A DNA stretch of 39,465 nt from an uncultured bacterium (GTDB lineage Bacteria > Calditrichota > Calditrichia > RBG-13-44-9): contig CBDUVK010000003.1 of the NCBI GenBank assembly GCA_965370645.1, forward strand, positions 1-39,465, written 5' to 3'. Shown one piece after another: positions 9,603-20,900 of this stretch; the stretch's first letter is position 1; each line of letters begins with the position of its first letter. The translations under genes and the position numbers were made by a program. The notes under the pieces are model-generated. The model saw only the letters and a list, made by a program, of their open reading frames with translations. It was not told where the DNA came from and ran no database searches.

Positions 9603-9830
9603 ATGAGTGATCTTGCTATGGCTTATCTGGCAGCTGGACTTGGAACTGCAGTTGTTGCACTTGCCGCCGGAATAGGAATAAGTAGAATCGGAAGTGCCGC
9701 CATGGAAGGTACTGCCCGTCAGCCGGAAGCAGCGAATGCTATTCGTACATCAATGATTATTTCTTGTGCTCTTATCGAAGGTTTGTCCTTCTTTGGCTTA
9801 GTTATTTGCTTTCTATTAAGCTTAAAATAA
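9603..9830 (+). CDS. atpE: F0F1 ATP synthase subunit c (H+-type)
   Basis: GIGISRIG, ARQPE loop, ALIEGL carboxylate; 75 aa. Confidence 0.97.
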   Translation: MSDLAMAYLAAGLGTAVVALAAGIGISRIGSAAMEGTARQPEAANAIRTSMIISCALIEGLSFFGLVICFLLSLK

Positions 9831-9851
9831 TTAAAACCAAAAAGGAAAAAT

Positions 9852-10346
9852 ATGCTGCAATTAGAACCAGGAATGATGATCTGGACATGGATTACTTTCT
9901 TTGCTTTATTTTTTATTTTAGCCCGGGTTGCTTGGAAACCTCTGCTTGCTGCTGTAAATAAGAGAGAGAAAAGTATTAGTGAATCCCTCAAAAAGGCGGA
10001 ACTGGCGAAATCCGAAGCTGAGAAATTGCTTGAGGAACATGATAAAAAACTCACCGAAGCTCAGGATGAAATTCAAAAAATGATGAAGAAGAATAAAGAT
10101 TTGGCCGAAAAAATGAAAGAGGAGATGATTGAAAAAGCTAAGTCTGAAACACAAAAGCTTCATGAAAGAGCACGAACTGATATTGAGAGAGAAACAGATG
10201 CTGCCATAGTTGAGCTTAAGAAGCAGGTTGCAGATCTGGCCATTCAGGCCGCCTCCCGGTTAATCCAAGAAAATTTAGATACCAAAAAACATCATGAATT
10301 GATTAACAACTATATAAAAGAACTTGATAACCTAGATAAAAATTAA
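9852..10346 (+). CDS. atpF: F0F1 ATP synthase subunit b
   Basis: N-terminal TM helix ending AWKPLL, then long charged coiled coil; operon position. Confidence 0.96.
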   Translation: MLQLEPGMMIWTWITFFALFFILARVAWKPLLAAVNKREKSISESLKKAELAKSEAEKLLEEHDKKLTEAQDEIQKMMKKNKDLAEKMKEEMIEKAKSETQKLHERARTDIERETDAAIVELKKQVADLAIQAASRLIQENLDTKKHHELINNYIKELDNLDKN

Positions 10347-10361
10347 GGATCTCAGAGACAT

Positions 10362-10904
10362 TTGATTGGATCAAAAGTATCCAAAAGATATGCCAAAGCA
10401 CTTTTTGAATTGGCTCAGGAAAGAAAAATTGTTGAGCGAGTGGCTGAAGAAATGATCGCCATTCAGAATCTATACCAACAATCGTCTGATTTTTCTTCGT
10501 TATTAGAATCTCCGGTGATTGAATCATCGGAAAAATTAAAAATTTTTACAGTATTGCTTAAAGAGGAGGTTCAATCCGTTACCTTCAACTTTCTTTCGCT
10601 TCTACTTGAGAAAAATCGGGAAGACTATTTGCCGGAGATAATTTTTTATTTCTTAAAAATTGTTGATGAATCAAAAGGAATTGTGAGAGGCCAATTGATA
10701 ACTGCTCACCCATTTACCGATGTACAAAAAAAAGAATTAAAAGAACGTTTAGATCGGTTCACCGGGAAAAAAGTATTTTTTGATGAACAGGTTGACTCAT
10801 CACTCATTGGTGGATTTATCGTCCGTATGGAAGATACGGTAATCGATACCAGTGTAAAGAATCAACTGACCAAGATGAGAGAACAATTAATTACCAGAAA
10901 ATGA
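10362..10904 (+). CDS. atpH: F1 subunit delta
   Basis: KRYAKALF and VDSSLIGGFIVRMEDTVIDTSV; TTG start. Confidence 0.96.
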   Translation: MIGSKVSKRYAKALFELAQERKIVERVAEEMIAIQNLYQQSSDFSSLLESPVIESSEKLKIFTVLLKEEVQSVTFNFLSLLLEKNREDYLPEIIFYFLKIVDESKGIVRGQLITAHPFTDVQKKELKERLDRFTGKKVFFDEQVDSSLIGGFIVRMEDTVIDTSVKNQLTKMREQLITRK

Positions 10905-10939
10905 AGTTTGGAATTGAAAAGAATTAAAAGGACATATAG

Positions 10940-12475
10940 ATGGCAGTTGAAGTAAAACCCGATGAAATTTCTTCAATTCTTAAAAAACAGCTGGCCAGTT
11001 ATGAGAAGGAAACGGATGTTTACGATGTTGGAACCGTCCTTCAGGTCGGAGATGGAATTGCCAGGGTGTATGGACTATCAGGAGTGATGGCTAGTGAATT
11101 GGTGGAATTTCCCCATGAGGTGATGGGAGTTGTGTTAAACCTGGAAGAAGATAATGTTGGCTGCATTCTTTTCGGAGAAGATTTCCTCATCAAGGAAGGA
11201 GATACAGTCCGGCGCACCAAGAGAATTCTGGAAGTCCCCATCGGAAAAGAGATGCTGGGTCGAGTGGTCACTCCATTGGGGGAGCCAAAAGATGGAAAAG
11301 GCAAGATTAATATTTCCAATTTTCTTCCGGTTGAGCAAAAAGCCCCGGGGGTAATTTACCGCCAACCGGTTAAAGAACCCCTGCAAACCGGTCTTAAAGC
11401 GATAGATTCTATGATACCCATCGGCCGCGGTCAACGAGAATTGATTATCGGAGACCGCCAAACTGGGAAAACTGCGATTGCTATTGATGCCATTATTAAT
11501 CAAAAATATACCCAGGAAACGGATTCACAGGTGTTTTGTATATACGTTGCGATAGGCCAAAAAGCATCCACAGTTGCTAAGGTGGTTAAGACCCTGGAAG
11601 AAGCTGGTGCCATGGAATATACTGTGGTGGTTTCTGCAGATGCCAGTGAACCGGCACCGCTGCAGTATTTAGCTCCCTATGCGGGTGCTACCATGGGAGA
11701 ATATTTCCGCGATAACAAAATGCATGCTCTGATCGTTTATGATGACCTGAGCAAACATGCCTGGGCATATCGTCAGGTCTCTTTGCTGCTAAGACGTCCC
11801 CCGGGACGTGAAGCCTATCCCGGAGATATTTTCTACTTACATGCCCGCCTGCTGGAAAGAGCGGCAAAGATGAGTGATGATGAAGGTGGGGGTTCGTTAA
11901 CGGCATTCCCTATCATCGAGACTCAGGCAGGTGATGTTTCTGCTTATATTCCGACGAATGTTATCTCGATTACAGATGGACAGATCTATCTTGAACCCAA
12001 CCTGTTTTACTCGGGCGTCCGCCCGGCTGTAAATCCGGGTATTTCTGTGAGCCGTGTTGGCGGGAATGCCCAGATAAAAGCAATGCGACAAGTTGCGGGG
12101 AGTTTGCGATTAGAGCTGGCCAATTATCGGGAATTAGAAGCCTTTGTGAAATTTGGTTCCGATCTGGACAAAACTACCCAATCACAGATTACCCGGGGAC
12201 AGAGATTGGTAGAGCTATTGAAGCAGGATCAATACCTGCCAATGGATGTGGCCAAACAGATAGCGATTATTTATGCAGGTACTCAGGGTCTTCTGGATAC
12301 GGTTGCAGTAAGGGATGTCCGAAGGTTTGAAGTGGAATTTCTGGAATATCTTGAAAATAAACAACCCGATATCTTTCAGACAATTAATAAAGAAAAGATA
12401 TTGTCTGATAAACTTAAAGAAACTCTGAAAAAGGTTGCGGAAGAGTTCCTTCAGTTATTCAAGGCGGGAGAGTAG
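10940..12475 (+). CDS. atpA: F1 subunit alpha
   Basis: [31 protein letters not shown]. Confidence 0.99.
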   Translation: MAVEVKPDEISSILKKQLASYEKETDVYDVGTVLQVGDGIARVYGLSGVMASELVEFPHEVMGVVLNLEEDNVGCILFGEDFLIKEGDTVRRTKRILEVPIGKEMLGRVVTPLGEPKDGKGKINISNFLPVEQKAPGVIYRQPVKEPLQTGLKAIDSMIPIGRGQRELIIGDRQTGKTAIAIDAIINQKYTQETDSQVFCIYVAIGQKASTVAKVVKTLEEAGAMEYTVVVSADASEPAPLQYLAPYAGATMGEYFRDNKMHALIVYDDLSKHAWAYRQVSLLLRRPPGREAYPGDIFYLHARLLERAAKMSDDEGGGSLTAFPIIETQAGDVSAYIPTNVISITDGQIYLEPNLFYSGVRPAVNPGISVSRVGGNAQIKAMRQVAGSLRLELANYRELEAFVKFGSDLDKTTQSQITRGQRLVELLKQDQYLPMDVAKQIAIIYAGTQGLLDTVAVRDVRRFEVEFLEYLENKQPDIFQTINKEKILSDKLKETLKKVAEEFLQLFKAGE

Positions 12476-12482
12476 AAAAATA

Positions 12483-13346
12483 ATGGCGACGCTCAGGGAA
12501 ATTCGCAGGCGCATAAACAGTATTTCAAGCACCCAGCAGATTACACGGGCTATGAAAATGGTGGCCGCTGCCAAACTCCGTAAAGCACAGGAGAAGATCT
12601 TTGCTGCCCGGCCCTATGCATATAAAATTGATGAGATGATCCGTCATTTAATCACTCAGCTGGAATCGGTGGAAAATCCGCTCTTGGCTATTCGTCCGCC
12701 GCAGCGTATCACCCTGGTCGTGGTTACCTCAGATAGAGGTCTTTGTGGATCCTTTAATAGTAATATTATCAAAAGAACCTTGCTTCAGATTAACGAACAT
12801 CGTGATAAAGAGGTATCCTTAATCTGTATTGGCAGAAAAGGTTATGATTTTTTTCGAAAGAGAAATTATTCTATCGAAAACCACTATATCAATATTTTCA
12901 ATCAACTTGAATATCTGATGGCCCAGGAAATTACTGCCTATTTGGTGCAACAGTATTCGCAACAAAAAACAGATATGGTTGAAGTGGTATACAATGAGTT
13001 TAAAAATGCGATTCAACAGACTATCATCGTAGAAAAATACCTGCCTCTGACTACTGAGGAGTTCAGTGGTGAAATGAAGAGTGTTGATTACATTTTTGAG
13101 CCGGATAAAATGATATTACTGGATTCGCTGCTACCCAAACATCTCAATCTGCAAAGCTGGAGGATATTACTGGAGTCTAATACGGCTGAGCAGGGGGCTC
13201 GAATGACAGCCATGGAAAGTGCTACTGATAATGCCGGTGAGTTGATTTCAGATCTGACGCTGCATTACAATAAAGCCCGTCAGGCGAATATCACCAGGGA
13301 AATTTCTGAAATTGTCGGCGGTGCTGAAGCACTAAAATTCGCATAA
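12483..13346 (+). CDS. atpG: F1 subunit gamma
   Basis: MATLREIRRRI...ITRAMKMVAAAK, SDRGLCG, RQANITREISEIVGG; ATG at 12483 preferred over the longer track start. Confidence 0.98.
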   Translation: MATLREIRRRINSISSTQQITRAMKMVAAAKLRKAQEKIFAARPYAYKIDEMIRHLITQLESVENPLLAIRPPQRITLVVVTSDRGLCGSFNSNIIKRTLLQINEHRDKEVSLICIGRKGYDFFRKRNYSIENHYINIFNQLEYLMAQEITAYLVQQYSQQKTDMVEVVYNEFKNAIQQTIIVEKYLPLTTEEFSGEMKSVDYIFEPDKMILLDSLLPKHLNLQSWRILLESNTAEQGARMTAMESATDNAGELISDLTLHYNKARQANITREISEIVGGAEALKFA

Positions 13347-13353
13347 ATATTAA

Positions 13354-14763
<1,410 letters not shown>

Positions 14764-14787
14764 AATTCGCACGGAAGTGATGTAAAT

Positions 14788-14825
14788 ATAAAAGGGGATA
14801 GAGTAATCAATTTATCCCCTTTTAT
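14788..14825. terminator. Intrinsic terminator-like hairpin between atpD and atpC
   Basis: ATAAAAGGGGATAGA-gtaatcaa-TTTATCCCCTTTTAT inverted repeat with A/T tracts on both sides. Confidence 0.7.
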
Positions 14826-14890
14826 GTTATATCGTTAAATCTATTTTTACTAAAGTAACTTATCTTTCAATCGATAATAGGTTTATTGTT

Positions 14891-15301
14891 ATGAATGGGA
14901 ACAATTTATCGGTAACGATCACAACTCCCCAAAATAAGTGGATTTTGGATAATATAAAAGGCGTTACAGCACCCGGGGTTTTGGGAAGTTTCCAGGTTTT
15001 AAGTCATCACGCACCATTGATGGCGCAGCTTGAAATTGGAGAAGTTAAACTAGAAATGGAGCAGGATTTAGAACTGTATGCCACGACTGGAGGATTCCTG
15101 GAGGTATTAAAGAATAATGTATCTCTTCTGTTGGAAAGTTGCGAGAAGGCCACCGAGATTGACATCGGTAGGGCTGAGAGTGCCGCAAACCGTGCTCGGG
15201 AGCGTTTACAAAAGCATTCGGTGGATATTGATGTCATGCGTGCAGAGAGTGCTTTAGCGAGGGCTTTAAACCGTATTCAGATGGCAAATAAAGTTAAATG
15301 A
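14891..15301 (+). CDS. atpC: F1 subunit epsilon
   Basis: APGVLGSFQVLSHHAPL, GGFLEV, C-terminal helices ALARALNRI. Confidence 0.96.
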   Translation: MNGNNLSVTITTPQNKWILDNIKGVTAPGVLGSFQVLSHHAPLMAQLEIGEVKLEMEQDLELYATTGGFLEVLKNNVSLLLESCEKATEIDIGRAESAANRARERLQKHSVDIDVMRAESALARALNRIQMANKVK

Positions 15302-15372
15302 ACCACTTAATAACATTTGATTTATGAAAAAAATTTTGTATATTGACGAAAATTAAAAATGGTCGCTTAACA

Positions 15373-17952
15373 ATGAAATGTCTCTCATTTATTTCTGTGT
15401 TCATGATAAGCTTCCTGATCCTCTTATCCCCGGTTTTTCCGCAAGAATCTTCGAATTCAGAAAATACCGCTTCCTCCCTTCGTTATTATTCTGAAGAAGA
15501 ATATCAGGTGGCTTTAACTAAATATGTCACCAGTATGTTAACGAGTTACTATTCCGAAAGCCTGCCCCAGGAACGATTTCTGATTGCACTTATGCGTTTG
15601 GTTAACAATGAGATGGGAAATCGAATTACCAATCGACGGGAGGCGATTGAAAGATATTTCAATGATTTGAGAAATCAGATCAATGAGCTACAGCAATTGC
15701 AGACCCGACTGCATAATTCTGGCATTCACGAGTTGGATAACTTTATCGATGAACTGGATGAACGAATGAAGATGGCATTACAGTCGGGGGAAATTAACTA
15801 TAAGCAAAAGAAGGTATTTGAGGACGCCCTGCAGCTTCTCTATATTGCCGAAGAGATGATTAAACTTGATCAACTTAGTGATCCTTCCAGTTTGAACCGC
15901 AAAATCAGTAAAAGTAAAGATCAATTGTTAAATGCGTTTGGCGAAGTAGGTGATCTTGAAACTGTTCCTCTGGATGTGGCACCAACCATATTTAACTTAT
16001 TTGATGAATGGAAGAAAAACGACTCATACAGGTATACCGCCAGACTGTTGGATGTAAAAATTGCTCGCTCGAAACTGATTAAATCGGGTTCAATTGAGCA
16101 GGTTAACCGAATGTTTAATACACAGTTACACTTTGCATATTCAAGTTTTAACTATATAGAATACGATCTGGCCGATCGGCTTCTGGAAGACCTGGTGATG
16201 TCCTATCAGAATGCGGGGGTGCGTGACTTTGAAGATGTATTTTTCTATTGGGGTGAAAGTAATTTTGCTCTGAATCGATTTGTTAAAACCCGGGATATCT
16301 TCACCGAGTTTCTTCAAAAATATCCGGGTTCTGTTTATCTCTCCCGAACCTACAGCCGTTTGATCCAGTTATCCTACAAGTTGGAAGAGTACAATGAAGT
16401 CATTAAATATTATTCTGCATTTCAGGATGTGACTTCCCCAACTCAGGAAGAGTATTATGATGTTCAGTTTGTAGTTGCCCTTTCCTATTATGAAAATACA
16501 GATTTTAACCGTGCAGTGGAAATATTGCTTTCATTTTCCGAGAAAAGTGAATACTACTTTTTTGCCCAATATCTGGTGGGAACAGTTTACACCGCTGGTC
16601 AGAATTATGATCTTGCCTACGATATCTTTGAATCTATGGCGATATCACGAAAAACACCTCCAGAATTTAACAACCGTTCTCTATTAAAATTGTCCCAGAT
16701 CAGCTATGAAAGAGGGGATTACCTCGCATCAATCGATTATGCAGAACTGGTTCCCAAAACATTCAGCCGATTCGACAAAGTTCTAAATATTTTGTTGTGG
16801 TCTCATTTTATGATGGAAAAAGAGAGACAGCCAGATCCGCTGCAGAGGGATTTTACCCAGGCAAAAATTTATGCCTTTAAACTTCTCCAAGACTATTACA
16901 GTTCTGAGTATCGTATGGAGGCCGAGAGTCTACTGGGTTACATGTATCAATCGGAAAATGACTTAATGCTTGCCAAGGATTTTTATACTGATGTGTACAA
17001 ATCCAAAATGGAACGAAATGACTTGAGAGAAAATCTGATTCTTACAGATAGCTTGTTAGGCCTTCACCAGGACGCGGTTACCAGGAAGGAAAATGCCTTA
17101 CGGAATGACGATCGTGAAGCCTACATTGAGGCAGCCGGGGTATCTGAAGAGTATTATCGGAAAGCATGGGATGAATTGATTGCTGATAAAAGCGGTATCG
17201 GTGCACGAGTTTCCTCGGAAATTACGGATTTGGTGAATCAATTGAGTGAGTTAAATCAGTTGAAAAAAATAGCAGTAAGACAAGAAAATGAATATGCGAT
17301 CAAAAAAATTGAGGGTCTTATGGATGGCATAAAATCATCCCTGGATTTATATTCTAAAGAGGACATCCAAAGAGCCTTGTTTATCAATGCCTACCCGGTT
17401 GCAAAAAAGGTGGCGATTGCAGATTTTCAAGCACAAAAAAATGAGGAATTGCAGCAGGATATCAAAGAGGAGATGGTGCAGATCGATGTTCAACTTGAGA
17501 GATTGAACGTGGAAATTGAGAGAGCTAAACTCTTGAAAAACTATGAACTGTTGGTTGCACTGGAGCAGAAGGAGCGCCATTTATTTGAGATTCGCAAGAA
17601 TTACGATCAACTATTTACCTTTGCCATGGGACTTGAACCCGGAGAATCCTATGAAGATTTCGATCGATGGGGAGAATTTGGTGCAGTCGGAATTATTGAT
17701 GTGAATTTTGGACAGAGGGACAAGTTGCAGGGTCAAATGTCTAAAGTTTCTACGGTATATAATTCAATTATGGATAGAATATCCCAAAAGCGGGAAGTAG
17801 TTGAAGATCAACTTAAGAAAATTGATGCGGAAATCAGATTTATGACAATGAAGGCTCGTTTAGAGGAGCGTCAACGTTTAAGGGCCGAAAGAGAACAGGC
17901 TTTTCGAGAAACATATTTTGACACCCGAACCAGTGAATTTGAGGAGAAATAA
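15373..17952 (+). CDS. Secreted TPR / coiled-coil protein (GltC-like position in an Agl-Glt-like cluster)
   Basis: Signal peptide, central TPR-like helices (FYWGESNF..FLQKYPGS), C-terminal coiled coil; stop abuts the next ATG. Confidence 0.75.
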   Translation: MKCLSFISVFMISFLILLSPVFPQESSNSENTASSLRYYSEEEYQVALTKYVTSMLTSYYSESLPQERFLIALMRLVNNEMGNRITNRREAIERYFNDLRNQINELQQLQTRLHNSGIHELDNFIDELDERMKMALQSGEINYKQKKVFEDALQLLYIAEEMIKLDQLSDPSSLNRKISKSKDQLLNAFGEVGDLETVPLDVAPTIFNLFDEWKKNDSYRYTARLLDVKIARSKLIKSGSIEQVNRMFNTQLHFAYSSFNYIEYDLADRLLEDLVMSYQNAGVRDFEDVFFYWGESNFALNRFVKTRDIFTEFLQKYPGSVYLSRTYSRLIQLSYKLEEYNEVIKYYSAFQDVTSPTQEEYYDVQFVVALSYYENTDFNRAVEILLSFSEKSEYYFFAQYLVGTVYTAGQNYDLAYDIFESMAISRKTPPEFNNRSLLKLSQISYERGDYLASIDYAELVPKTFSRFDKVLNILLWSHFMMEKERQPDPLQRDFTQAKIYAFKLLQDYYSSEYRMEAESLLGYMYQSENDLMLAKDFYTDVYKSKMERNDLRENLILTDSLLGLHQDAVTRKENALRNDDREAYIEAAGVSEEYYRKAWDELIADKSGIGARVSSEITDLVNQLSELNQLKKIAVRQENEYAIKKIEGLMDGIKSSLDLYSKEDIQRALFINAYPVAKKVAIADFQAQKNEELQQDIKEEMVQIDVQLERLNVEIERAKLLKNYELLVALEQKERHLFEIRKNYDQLFTFAMGLEPGESYEDFDRWGEFGAVGIIDVNFGQRDKLQGQMSKVSTVYNSIMDRISQKREVVEDQLKKIDAEIRFMTMKARLEERQRLRAEREQAFRETYFDTRTSEFEEK

Positions 17953-20900
17953 ATGGTCATAATTTCTACAAAAAAGAGAATTTTCCCTCAAATATTTTTG
18001 TTTTTTCTGTTTACAGTTATAGGTTTTTATTCTGCTTTTAATCTTGAATCGGGCTATGCTCAGGAAAGTGGAGGTACCAGGATTGATTCGGTTCTTCAGA
18101 ATTACAATATTGAAGAACTGTTAAAAGTTAAGGAATATTTGGAGAATTACCGTGAATCACTCATACAGGAGCAAAACCTGGAGCAGCAAAAAGGTATTGA
18201 GGTGAGTAAGGATTTTCTCCAAAAATCCAGAATCGATATTGAAAATCAGGATCAAATTTTAATCCGCATTGCAGAATATTATATCGAAGAGGAATCGGAT
18301 CTGTATGCCACACGGGTGGAAACCTACAACCAGGCATATGACGAGTATGAAAAGCGCCTGCAGGATTATCAGGATGGGAAATTGGAGGTTGAACCATTGG
18401 CCCCGACTTTTCCCCGGAGGAATTATGATAAAGCGATTACCATTTATGATATCATTCTCACAGAATTTCCTGAATCGGAATTAGTAGATGATGCCCTTTA
18501 CAACAAGGCTTATCTCCTGGGAGATATGGGAGAGGAAGTTGCAGCACAGGAGGTTTATCAGGAATTAATTGATAAATATCCGGAAAGTGATTATGTGCCG
18601 GAAGCCTATATGCATTTAGCTGAGTTCTATTTTCAGCCAAAATTAGGACAGGGCCGGGAAGAAACCATCCGAAATTTATACAAGGCCGCTCAATTATATA
18701 AAAACGTACTCAAATTTAAGGAATCGGACCGTTATACAGATGCACTGTATAAATTAGGTTGGAGTTACTATCGCCTGGCTGGTGCTGATCCCAAACATTA
18801 TAGTGAATCGATTCTGTATTTTACATTGGTTGTCCAGGACATCGAAAAATTTCAGGAAATAGATCCCGAAGGCAAATATATTAAAGCTAATATCAAACCT
18901 GAAGCCCTGCAATATATCGCTGCCTGTTTTGTTGATACATCCTATACAGAAGATGGTGTTAAAAAGGCCAATAATTATATTGGAAATCTTGGCAAACCTG
19001 CATTCGGTGTGGATATTTTTCAGGACATGGGCGATCTGTATGCCCGTATTGTTGAATATAACAATAGTATCAGAGCCTATAATACACTGCTTGGAGTTTA
19101 CCCTAATTATTCCTATGCACCCCTCATCCAGAAGAAAATTGGGGATGTTTATGCAGAAGATCAGGAAATCCAATCTGCTTATAATGCACGGGAGCAACTT
19201 TACAATCGATATAATCCCAAAACACAGTGGTATGCAAATATTGAGTTATCGGATTTGGACGAGCGCATTTTTATTTTGGATCAGGCCACTAATTATTCAG
19301 AAGAAGCTCTTCGCTCAAATCTTATTTTCCAACTGAATCAGGCTCAGGAAGCAGCCCTAACTCGCCAAGACTCAGTAAACGCTTTCCGGGAGTTCGGCAG
19401 ACTGGCCAATCTGTACCTGGAAACTTATCCCACCCATGAAAATGCTTATGAGATAAACTGGTCATTGGCATATATCTTGGATACTGAATTGCAGGATTTC
19501 CCCGGAGCTTTTGAAGAATATGTCCGGGTAAGTAATGATTATCTTGAAGAGGTTCACCGAAAAGATGCTGCAAACAATGCAATCGTCGTAGCACAGACTT
19601 TGGTGGATCAGCAAACAACAGGAGGAGATACAGTTCAGATAGGTGGAATCGACATCGCCCAAATCCCTCCGGAAGAACTGAGCGAGAACGAAATACTCTT
19701 AGGCGAGGCCTATGACAACTATATTAAACTTTTCCCTGAAGACGATCGTACTGCTACCTATCTATCCAGTGCGGGCGCTTTATATTACCAGCACCGTCAA
19801 TACGATTTGGCACGTAAGTACTATAAAACCATGGTAACCAAATTTCCGGAGTCCCAGCAGCGAAGTGTCGGGTTACTCTCTTTAATGAACAGTTATTTCT
19901 TTCTCGGGAAATATACCGATGCTGAATTTGTGGCCAAAAAAATTATTGAGGTTCCGGATATTCCAGAAGACCAGCTGGAGATTGCACGCCGCCGGATTGG
20001 TGAATCCATTTATAAAAATGCTGAAAAACTCGAACAGGAAGAACAATATCTCGAGTCAGCCAGGGAATTTTTTAGAGTTTACACCGAGGCAAGTTATTAT
20101 GAAGATATTGTTGATTTAGCCTTGTTCAATAGTGCCAAAAACTATGAACAAAATAACGAATGGAAACAGGCTATTAATGTATATGATACCCTGGTGGTAA
20201 ATTATGAGAAATCTGAATATCGGCTCATTGCCCTTGGAAAGATTGCCGATGCCTATAAACAGATGGAAGATTTTGAGGGTGTGGGTTCTTCCTACGAAAG
20301 AATATACAATCTATATCCGGAACACCAGGATGCAGAAGCGGCTCTTTATAACTCCAGTCTTTTCTTTGCACGAGCCAGTGCCTGGTCGCATGCAATCAGA
20401 GTGAATAATAAATATATAAATCGCTATCCGGATAATCCTGATTCCAAAGACCTTCTCTTCGAAAATGCCAGGTACTATTTAAAGCTGGATGATCTCAGCA
20501 ACGCAAATAAGATTTATGATGAATTTGCTGTGCGTTATCCGGATGATCCTCGTACCATTGAAGCTTATTTCAGACGAGGTGAATATTATTTTGAAAATCA
20601 ACAGTTCGCTCTGGCAAAACAGGAATTTCGAAAAGCAATATCCCGGAGTGATCAATTTGCCCGAACCGGACGGGATCCAAACCTCCTGTATGCTTCGGAA
20701 TCTCATTTCCTGCTGGGAGAGATTGAGTATATCGAATTTAAGCAGATTACTCTTTCATATCCCGAATCGAATCTGCGGGCCCAACTCCAGCAAAAACAAA
20801 ATAAGTTGAGATCGGTGATCAAGGCGTTTACCACGGTAATTAAAATGGGTTCGATCAAGGGATTTGAAGCCATGTATAAGGTAGCGGAAGCTTATGAGGA

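Noticed and set aside
7737-9830. Acetobacterium-style F/V hybrid rotor made of K and c
   Set aside because: K has its own V partners including subunit I, and the ion signatures of K and c differ; nothing supports a mixed ring.
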